Assembly: GCF_001194135.2 (NCBI RefSeq)
Contig: NC_068985.1
Coordinates: 44,716,125 to 44,768,970, forward strand
DNA from: Octopus bimaculoides
Taxonomy: Eukaryota
Direction of reading: 5' to 3'
DNA: 52,846 bases
Positions 1 through 8,675 of this stretch are shown here, piece by piece. The notes beneath the pieces are model-generated. The model was not told the DNA's origin. It did not search any database and was given only the letters and a program-made list of their open reading frames with translations. How positions within the stretch are numbered: the stretch's first letter is position 1; every line of letters begins with the position of its first letter. Made by a program: the position numbers and the translations under genes.

Positions 1-59
<59 letters not shown>

Positions 60-158
60 TTGTTGTCTCCTAAGGTCTCTGGGTGAGACTTGGATCCAAC
101 TTGTACAAATGCAAAGCAAAAGTCAAACATAAAATAATAATAATAATAATAGTAATAA

Positions 159-206
<48 letters not shown>

Positions 207-229
207 CAGTAGTAGTAGCAGCAGCAGTG

Positions 230-268
<39 letters not shown>

Positions 269-288
269 ATGATAATAATAATAATAAT
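1..288. repeat. Compound (AAT)n/(TAG)n microsatellite, interrupted by a LINE 3' end
   Basis: Direct reading: (ata)n 1-57, (ata) 133-160, (agt)n 160-268, (ata) 269-288. It produces the poly-I/T/V ORFs at 70-336. Confidence 0.95.
58..133 (+). mobile_element. Extreme 3' end of an RLE-type (R4/Dong-like) LINE embedded in (AAT)n
   Basis: 76-bp non-repetitive island (ttgtctcctaaggtctctgggtgagacttggatcc...agtcaaacat) flanked on both sides by (AAT)n. Its layout resembles the 3' UTRs at 3250-3369 and 3510-3612. Family assignment is from recall and inference. Confidence 0.5.
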
Positions 289-1275
289 GATTCCATTTAT
301 TGGCCACCAGGGCGAAAGATGAGGGAGACAATACAAAGATAATCACAAAATGTGGTGGTGGTGGTGGGTTACATATACCGAGATGATAAAATAAATTACA
401 AAAACAAGGAGTAAGTATTCACAGCATAAATTGAAGACGAAAGGAAATATACATAGTATACAAAGGTTAAAAAAAGAAGGGGTTGATAGAGATGTAATCC
501 TCCTGGAGCACAATGACCTCTAGGGATATTCGAGAAACCCCACTGTCCAAGATCTATCTGAACACCAAACGCAAGTGTCCTCCCTAATTCCCTTTCTCAG
601 ACTCACAGGTTTACACTTAGAGAGGTCCCATCTACTCTTGCCCTTTTCGCAACTTTCACCCACATTTCAATAAATTCACTTGAGGGCAGCACTTCCCACC
701 CTCAGTTTCCTTTTCAAGTGAATGAGACTTCTATCAAAGTGGAATGTATCTGTCCTCGTACCTTTCAGCGTCGTCCACCAGACAACCACTTTCGCCACAG
801 CCACCAGACAAAGGGAGACTGCTTTGCCTGCTCGATTAAAAAAAGGGCGGCGGAGCAATCATCACTATGGACTCGGCTAATAGACGGATCCATCCCACAC
901 GTAGCAGCAGCTGTTCGACATAACTTCGCAAGTCAGCTGTGCCCGGACACTGAACGAGTGCGTGCAATTCGGACAAGCCGGTCTAACAGCACATCCCTGC
1001 GTGTAGAGTTTATCTGGAACACGTAGTGTCCCTACCCTGGTATTACTGTCAGACCAAAGACATCTGAAAATTATCCATAGTAGTTCCCAATCGGAAAGTC
1101 CTCCGCAGCAGAGTTGCCAGTTTGTTTTCGTCGACAACATCGTCGCAATTCTCTGCCACTCATCCTCTACAAATTGCTAAAGTGGAACATCTACCGATCC
1201 CATTGCCCGATTGGTAGAAGGTTGTGAGCGCCTGACGACATTCTAAGCGCCAGAAGCCCAGTTTCGGTCTGTTGT
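289..1275 (-). mobile_element. 5'-truncated Tx1/L1-clade LINE: ORF2 C-terminus (zf-RVT/CCHC region) plus 3' UTR
   Basis: Minus-strand ORFs give LRVPDKLY..AVRPACPNC..HSF and CLVAVAKVVVWW..HLKRKLRV, frameshifted. The 3' UTR ends in AATAAA followed by (ATT)n, and both flanks are (AAT)n. Confidence 0.8.
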
Positions 1276-1297
1276 AATAATAATAATGATGATGATG

Positions 1298-1360
<63 letters not shown>

Positions 1361-1363
1361 GGA

Positions 1364-1835
1364 TGCAGTACCAGGCAGTGGCTCCCATGGCTTCTGATTT
1401 TAATTGATTGGAAGTGTTATCATGTAAATTGTTTTGGCTTTGGTATAAAAGATGGGCTACAGCAATTATTCTGCTTAATACGACAGATTTTCTTGTCAGT
1501 TGTTTGACCTTAACCAGTTGAGCATGTCCCTTAGTGGCTGATGAATATGTGCATCTCTGATCATGAACAGAAGTAGTGGGGGAGCATCATAGCCATGTGT
1601 TGAGAGGAATTCTTTGGGGTTTGAATAATTCACCTTTGGAAACATGGGTGTTTTGCTCAACATTCTTAAACAAACGTTATTCAGGGACCTTTTGAGCGGG
1701 ATGGGCTACCCGACCTGAAGAAATTCTCACTGGGCCCCACCTGCGAGGTCATGCGTTGTTTATCTTGATATGGGATCACCATGTCGCGCACATATGGTTG
1801 TGATGCATGTGCCTGGTGTACCCTTATCAGACGGG
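1364..1835. mobile_element. Non-coding ~540-bp interspersed repeat (element X), copy 1, running into a gap
   Basis: Colinear with 2047-2585 at roughly 85-90% identity by eye. Preceded by (AAT)n at 1276-1360. No tRNA A/B boxes and no ORF. Confidence 0.75.
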
Positions 1836-1979
1836 NNNNNNNNNNNNNNNNNNNNNNNNNNNNNNNNNNNNNNNNNNNNNNNNNNNNNNNNNNNNNNNNN
1901 NNNNNNNNNNNNNNNNNNNNNNNNNNNNNNNNNNNNNNNNNNNNNNNNNNNNNNNNNNNNNNNNNNNNNNNNNNNNNNN

Positions 1980-2046
<67 letters not shown>

Positions 2047-2048
<2 letters not shown>

Positions 2049-2585
2049 CAGTACCAGGCAGTGGCTCTCATGGCTTTTGATCTTAATTGATTGGAAGTTT
2101 ATCATGTACATTGTTTTGTCTTGGTATAAAAGATGGGCTACAGCAAATATTCTGCTAAATATCACAGATTTGCTTGTCAGTTGTTTGACCGTAACCAGTT
2201 GAGCATGTCCCTTGGTGGCTGACGATGTGTACATCTCCGATCACGAGAAGAAGTAGTTGGGAAGCATCATAGCCATGTGTTGGGAGGAATTCTTTGGGGC
2301 TTGAATAATTCACCTTTGGAAACATGGGTATTTTATACAACATCCTTAAACAGACCTTATTCAGGGACCTTTTGAGCGGGATGGGCTACTCGACCTGAAG
2401 AAAATTCTAACTGGGCCCCACCTGCGAAGTCATGCGCTGTTTATCTTGATCACTATGTCGCGCACATATGGTTGTGATGCATGTGCCTGGTGTACTCTTA
2501 TCAGACGAGTAGTCATGATGGGTATAATGGGCTTCGTATATTTTATCCCACTGTCACTTTGATGGCATTCACTGCTCTCTCACTC
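2047..2585. mobile_element. Element X, copy 2 (complete), flanked by (AAT)n
   Basis: Starts tgcagtaccaggcagtgg and ends ctctctcactc followed by aataataat. Confidence 0.75.
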
Positions 2586-2605
2586 AATAATAATGATAAT
2601 GATAA

Positions 2606-3369
2606 GACAGAAGAATTTTAATTGCAGCACAAGATCAAAGCCTTCCCACCAGAAACTACCAAAAACACTCAATGAAAATAAACACAAGTAACTGTAGAAT
2701 ATGTAGCGATGGAGAAGAAACAATAAATCATATTGTCTCTGGCTGCTCAGTCCTGGCTAAGAAGGAATATATTCGTAGACACGACTGAGTTTGGACTTGT
2801 ATACACTGGAAGCTGTGGAATGACGACAGAAAAAAAATGGTATAGGCACACCCAGAGAAGGTCACACAAAATGAGAAATCAACCATACTCTGGGCTATGC
2901 CAATACACACAAACAAAGAAATCAAGGCTAATAGGCCGGATATGGTTGTCAGAGACGATCAAGAAAAATGTGCTTTTAATCGAAGTATCAATACCAACAG
3001 ATGACAAAGTTTCTCTAAAAGAAACGGAGGAACTTTCAAGATACAAAGACCTGGAAAGAGAGGTAAGTTGAATGTGGAGCCAAAAAAAAAAAACAAAAAA
3101 AATACAGAAACAATTCCTATTATAATAGGCGCATTAGATATGATAAAAAATTTCAGAAAAATACATAACAAAACCATCAGGTCTTACAAGTATATATAAC
3201 ACAGAAAATAGCACTACTGAACACCGCAACACTTCCTACGTAAAGCTCTTTTAATACAATGAAAATAAGAGCACCACATCAAACTACCACATACCCAAAG
3301 CACACAGAATTGTGCTCGGTAGTGCAGTGAAAACACGTGATAAAAATATGACTACTGAATAACTACTGA
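2606..3369 (+). mobile_element. 5'-truncated RLE LINE (R4/Dong-like): CCHC knuckle, PD-(D/E)xK endonuclease and 3' UTR, degenerate
   Basis: Frameshift-corrected translation: TEEFLIAAQDQSLPTRNY, CRICSDGEETINHIVSGC, NRPDMVV..LIEVSIPTDDKVSLKE.E.LSRYKDL, IPIIIGAL. Confidence 0.9.
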
Positions 3370-3412
3370 ATTTCAATCTCTTTCAGCCATTTATTATTAT
3401 TGAATAATAAAT

Positions 3413-3612
3413 AGCTGAAAGAGATTGAAATAGAATGCCCGGTAAAGCTCCCTAAAGAAAGCTTGTCTTTTAGGGACAGCAAGGATTATCAGGAGAGTTC
3501 TAAGCACTTGAAACACTGCTGAACACATTTGGATACCTAAGATTACCGGTAGTAATCCGCTAACCATATAATTCCTACCAGGAATAAGACCGAACCTGCG
3601 TCAAACCGAAAT
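3413..3612 (+). mobile_element. 3' end of a second RLE LINE subfamily
   Basis: Reads LKEIEIECPV..LLGTARIIRRVLST* (frameshifted), followed by a UTR ending in aaataataa. Confidence 0.7.
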
Positions 3613-3639
3613 AATAAAGTCCTCAATCATGGCGGGTCT

Positions 3640-3802
3640 GTTAAGTCGATTACATCGACCCAGAGCGTAACTGGTACTTATTTCATATACCCCAAAAGAA
3701 TGAAAGGTAAAGTCGACCTCGGCCGAATTTGAACTCATAATATATGAAATACCGCTAAGTATTTTGGCCGGCGTGCTAACGATTTTACCAGTTCGTCGCC
3801 TT
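3640..3802 (-). mobile_element. tRNA-derived SINE family A
   Basis: Reverse complement of the aaggcggcgagctggcagaa head with B-box gagttcaaatt. Confidence 0.85.
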
Positions 3803-3976
3803 AATAGAGAGGGTAATAATGATAATAAAAAATAGTAACGTTACTTTATATTTCACTTTTATTTACATGCGATTTAACAATTAAGTGTTTTATGTTTTTT
3901 ATGTTTTTATGCTTTTTTTTATGTCCTGGTTTTCTATATTCTTTTATGTAGTTATATTTGTATGTATGTGTATATG

Positions 3977-4570
3977 TCATTATTCAGTTTTATTTCAAGA
4001 TTTCTTGCCAATAGAGAAAGAGCCGATTTCTAACCTAGTTCCAAGGCTGCTTCATTGGAATTTCAACATCATCAAACGGGGTATGTATGTATGTATGTAT
4101 GTATATTTGTATGTTTTGTTTTATGTATATATTCTCATATATATACTTTCTTATCTAGACAAGCTCATATATACTTCATATAAACTTCTGAAAAGTTTTA
4201 GAGATTTTTTCAGTTCCAGTGATGGATTAGATCTTCAGTCTGCGAATCAGTTTTCTGTTTTCTGGTTTTGAGAAGTCTAATTTCTCAGTATTGGTATTTA
4301 GGCAGTATTTCACGTACCCATGTGCCGCAATAATTACAGGTAATAAACTCAACTTGTAATCTGGATAGAGTAACAGCATATTTCTGAATAGAACAGCGTA
4401 GGTGTTATCTTTTTACCTGATCTTCAGCTTTATCTTAACATCCACTGGGCAGCTGATTTCCACAACTGTACACAGTTTCTGTTCTTTGTTCCAAATCATT
4501 ATATCAGATCTGTCATATTTACATTTTATTGAGGTTTTCACTGGGACATTCCACAAAACTCCTTTTCATT
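3977..4570 (-). mobile_element. RLE LINE family B ((ATAC)n-associated), 5'-truncated copy 1
   Basis: Minus strand reads KEF.WNVPVKTSIKCKYDRSDIMIWNKEQKLCTVVEISCPVDV..K..KDNTYA, the RLE PD..E..K motif. Homologous to 44866-45372. (GTAT)n on both flanks. Confidence 0.85.
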
Positions 4571-4587
4571 ATATATGTATGTATGTA

Positions 4588-4764
4588 GTGGAGACGCAAT
4601 GGCCCAGTGGTTAGGGCAGCGGACTCGTGGTCATAGAATCGCGGTTTCGATTCTCAGACCGGGCGTTAAAGTTCCACGAGGCTCCGGCAGGGGATGGTGG
4701 CGAACCCTGCTGTACTCTTTCACCACAACTTTCTCTCACTTTAACTTCCTCTTTCTGTTGTGCC
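4588..4764 (+). mobile_element. tRNA-derived SINE family C, cut by a gap
   Basis: A-box tggcccagtgg and B-box gtttcgattc. Matches the reverse complement of 45451-45830. Confidence 0.9.
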
Positions 4765-5372
4765 TNNNNNNNNNNNNNNNNNNNNNNNNNNNNNNNNNNN
4801 NNNNNNNNNNNNNNNNNNNNNNNNNNNNNNNNNNNNNNNNNNNNNNNNNNNNNNNNNNNNNNNNNNNNNNNNNNNNNNNNNNNNNNNNNNNNNNNNNNNN
4901 NNNNNNNNNNNNNNNNNNNNNNNNNNNNNNNNNNNNNNNNNNNNNNNNNNNNNNNNNNNNNNNNNNNNNNNNNNNNNNNNNNNNNNNNNNNNNNNNNNNN
5001 NNNNNNNNNNNNNNNNNNNNNNNNNNNNNNNNNNNNNNNNNNNNNNNNNNNNNNNNNNNNNNNNNNNNNNNNNNNNNNNNNNNNNNNNNNNNNNNNNNNN
5101 NNNNNNNNNNNNNNNNNNNNNNNNNNNNNNNNNNNNNNNNNNNNNNNNNNNNNNNNNNNNNNNNNNNNNNNNNNNNNNNNNNNNNNNNNNNNNNNNNNNN
5201 NNNNNNNNNNNNNNNNNNNNNNNNNNNNNNNNNNATATACGCACACACACATGGATACCAATATATTTATCAGATAAAAGAAGTGAAGTGAGAGAATACA
5301 TGTATTCCAATAGTTTATAGCTAATTCCTAATCAGATGTATACCTGATTTGGTAGACGGAAATTTTAGCATC

Positions 5373-5620
5373 TACTTGTTTCAGTCTTTTGACTGCGGTC
5401 ATGTTAGGTATAGTCGAAAAAATCGGTCTCAGCCTTGTACTTACACCAGCGGTTTATTTCGACGAAACACTAAATTATGCGGACGTAAACAAACCAACAC
5501 CTGTTATCAAGCGGCAGTGGGGTACAAACAAAAACACAAAAAACCCCACACATAGCTATATACATGTATATTATACGACGGGCTTCTTTTAATTTCCGTC
5601 TACCAAATCCTCTCACACGG
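5373..5620 (-). mobile_element. SINE family B, partial
   Basis: Degenerate reverse complement of the ggtagacggaaactgaaagaagcccgtcg core and the gcagtcaaatgactgaaacaagta tail. Confidence 0.8.
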
Positions 5621-6068
5621 ATTCACTATTTCGATTTATTTTCACACTTAGCATATCTAGGACTTCATAATCTAATGTTTCCTACCGTTTTTGTATTTTA
5701 AAGACGCTGAAGAATTTTGATTTGAAGTTGATTTGACTGATATTTGTAGCGAGTTATGGAACCACGTTAATACTGCTTCTTTTGTTATTTTATTATGTTT
5801 CTGTGTTCTCAGTTCAAACAGCAACAACAACAAAATTCAGTTAGGAATTAACAATGAAGAGGAATATGTAGACTTCATTAAGATCCTACCCAAAATAACC
5901 ATCAAAAATGGACCATTTATAAAATTCTTTTCTTCTTACCTCAATTTAGAAGTTGTCAAATGGCAAGTGTTACTAAACAGGCGAGTGTTGATGTCATGAC
6001 GTAAAAGTTATCTGTGACGTCATATAAACAAAAACAAACAATATTTTCCCCAATATTTGTTACGCGTT

Positions 6069-6255
6069 TAAGGTGGCGAGCTGGCAGAATCGTTTGGCAC
6101 GTCAGGCAAATTGCTTAGCGGTATTTCGTCCGTCTTTACTTTTCCTTTCATCCTTTTGGGGTTGATAGAATAAGTACCAGTTGAGTACTGGGGTCGATGT
6201 AATCAACGTACCCCCCAGACCCGGAATTGCTGGCTTTATGCCGAAATGAAACCAG
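6069..6255 (+). mobile_element. SINE family A with an internal deletion
   Basis: aaggtggcgagctggcagaatcg head. The B-box segment is missing. Confidence 0.85.
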
Positions 6256-6352
6256 TATCTTACATGTGTTTTTTTATTTGATTAGTTTCCGATTAAATTA
6301 TAATAATGTTGTTGCTGCTGCTGCTGATGATGTTAATGATGATGATGAGGAT

Positions 6353-6517
6353 GGCTTCTATAATTTGCCTCCATGGCGAAAGATGAGGAGGACAATACAA
6401 AGACAGACATAATGTGTGTATGTGTGGGGGGTAATGAGAGAAAAAATATATATAGAAAGTATACACAGTATTCAATAAAACAAAGATCAGTTACCATACT
6501 TGACCAGGCTGGAGCAT
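6353..6517 (-). mobile_element. Tx1-like LINE 3' UTR
   Basis: ggcgaaagatgagg..gacaatacaaag is shared with 310-338. Confidence 0.75.
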
Positions 6518-6880
6518 CTTTTATTTAATTTCTCTTGGATGGGACGCATTCCAATGATCAGACAGTCAGTTTGCTACTAGCACCCTCTAAGTGGCGGTTA
6601 GGGATGCCGTGGATTCTGATGCGGGGACACGTATCCAGGCTGCGCCACCTGAAACGATCTCTGGACCATGAGCGGGTATGGGCTCAGTTTGTGAGGCACA
6701 TCTTTTCACAGCTCGTCTCCTTGACGGAGCTTCAGTCCAAACCGAGACTGGGCGTCTAACACCTAGGATATCGTCAGGTGCTCACAGCCCTCTACCAGTT
6801 GGGCAATGGGTTCGGTGGAAGTTCCATTTTAGCAATATGTAGAGGATTAGTGGCGGGGAATTTGCGACGACGTTCTTTTG
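6518..6880 (+). mobile_element. Tx1-like ORF2 internal fragment (post-RT), inverted relative to the adjacent 3' UTR
   Basis: LFNFSWMGRIPMIR..HPLSGGLGMPW..RLRHL. Bases 6740-6875 align with the reverse complement of 1140-1275. Confidence 0.8.
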
Positions 6881-7184
6881 CTATGCGCATGTAAGAATAT
6901 TTGTCTTTGTAATAAATAGGTTTGGTTTCTTTCTACCAGATAGTTGATGCATGCTGTTTTTGTGTATGTTTGTGTGTGTATTTGTGCATGTGTGTGTGTG
7001 TCTTTGTGCGTGTGTGTACAGTTTGCAGCAAAAGGCCTGATTCACCATTCTTGATAAAAGTTTCAAAAGTAAACGCATGATGTGCGTAGGTTCAAACCAT
7101 GATGGTAACTAGAAAAGAAAAAAAAACGATAAAACAGTAGGGCTACATAATGACTCTATTACCAGTTGCCTAAATTCAATATCT

Positions 7185-7495
7185 GTGTGAAACAGGAGGT
7201 GTTTCTGTCGCTTGTGGCTGGGTACCTGGAGAGGCAAGTTGATATCGTCGTAGGACGCTGAATTGACATGAAGAGACAAGTCGTTGGCGTCGTAGGACGC
7301 TGAACAGACCGATCAGTTAAACTATTCGCGGTCTGGTTCGGTCCCAACATTCAGGTGGATAAGAATTTGGACTAGGTGACGAACAAGGTGTCCAGTCTTA
7401 CCCATAGGTGGACTGAGAGGAAGCTGTCCCTGAAACGTCAGGCAGGGGTGGTGAATACCTACATTGTCTCCGTCATCTGTAATCGCTCGACCGTT
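7185..7495 (+). mobile_element. Tx1-like RT C-terminal (thumb) fragment
   Basis: LGTWRG..VKLFAVWFGPNIQVDKN..WTERKLSLKRQAGVVNTYIVSV. Contains a 17-bp duplication (cgtcgtaggacgctgaa). Confidence 0.75.
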
Positions 7496-7514
7496 TGTAT
7501 GTGCGTATGTATGT

Positions 7515-7750
7515 AGTATTTGGAGACAGTACATGTGCAGATTTGTATGTCTTGTTTTATGTATGTATTCTCGTGCATATAGTTGCATGTTTAGACATGC
7601 GCATATATACTTAAATGGTAAATGACTGGAAAGTTTTAAAGATTTTTAGTTCTAGTAAAGGCTTGGATCTGTAGCCTTCGAATTACCTTTCTCCTTTCTG
7701 CTTTTGAGAAGCCTAATTTTTCAAGATCGGTGCTTAGTCAGTTTGTTACA
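7515..7750 (-). mobile_element. RLE LINE family B, copy 2 (C-terminus plus partial UTR)
   Basis: Reads DLEKLGFSKAERRKVIRRLQIQA on the minus strand. Flanked by GTAT repeats. Confidence 0.75.
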
Positions 7751-7950
7751 TATGTATGCATGCATGTGTGTTTATGTATGTATGTATGTATGTATGTATG
7801 TATGTATGTATGTATGTATGTATGTATGTATGTATGGATGGATGGATGGATGGATGCATGCATGTATGTATGTATGCATGCATGTATGTATGCATGTATG
7901 TATGTATGTATGTATGTATGTATCTATGTATGTATGTATGTTTATGTATG
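7750..7950. repeat. (GTAT)n/(GGAT)n/(GCAT)n tetranucleotide microsatellite
   Basis: Direct reading. Confidence 0.95.
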
Positions 7951-8267
7951 CATATAAAAGGCAGCAAAGTAGAAAATAGCCTTCATAAGCATAATACTTC
8001 TTGTGATGAAAGACAAGGGAGACAACCCTAACATTGGCTAAAATATACAAACTAAGATCAACATATTGTTTTGAGATGATCAGACCTTTGGTAAATATGG
8101 TTTTAGGTATGTTGCCCTCTTATTAGACATCCTCACAAATCATAGTATTACTGGTACTCATGGAAATGCCGATGATTGTATTCTATATTAATAGACACCG
8201 AATGGATTAAAGTACAGTCGTCCGGAGTGTAGCTTGAACACACGAGCTAAGTATGTATGTATGTATG

Positions 8268-8675
8268 TTATCAATCAGTTTCATTTCTGTATTTCTTGTC
8301 CATAGAGAAAGAGCCGGACTCTAACATAGATTCAAGGCTCCTTCATTGGAACTTTTATCAACATCTAGGTATTTGTGCATATGTGTGTGTGTGTGCAGTA
8401 TTTGGTGTTAGTGTATGCGCAGATTTGTATGTTTGTTTTATGGATGCGTTTTTATGTATACATTTTCATGTCTATGCATATACATATGTATTTATGCGCA
8501 GATANNNNNNNNNNTGGAACTTTTATCAACATCATCTAGGTATTTGTGCATATGTGTGTGTGTGTGCAGTATTTGGTGTTAGTGTATGCGCAGATTTGTA
8601 TGTTTGTTTTATGGATGCGTTTTTATGTATACATTTTCATGTCTATGCATATACATATGTATTTATGCGCAGATA
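8268..8675 (-). mobile_element. RLE LINE family B 3'-UTR-only copy 3, apparently duplicated across an 11-N gap
   Basis: About 95% identical to 22561-22795 and related to 45220-45372. GTAT flanks. Confidence 0.7.

Noticed and set aside
70-336. Homopolymeric ORFs (poly-T/V/I/S/L/K/H and MYVC/HTHT types) here and throughout the window
   Set aside because: They are translations of tri-, tetra- and dinucleotide microsatellites and are open in several frames and on both strands.
4588-4665. tRNA-like A/B box sequences (all SINE heads)
   Set aside because: They continue into SINE bodies, lack a complete cloverleaf and a T-run terminator, and are multi-copy retroposons rather than tRNA genes.
6015-6028. 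Perfect CRE (TGACGTCA) directly followed by TATAAA
   Set aside because: The zero spacing is atypical and nothing else supports a promoter. Such a motif is expected by chance or from an old transposon end.
8516-8675. Apparent tandem duplication of a LINE-B UTR
   Set aside because: The copies are identical except for one CAT unit and are separated by an 11-N gap. This is most likely unmerged allelic contig ends.
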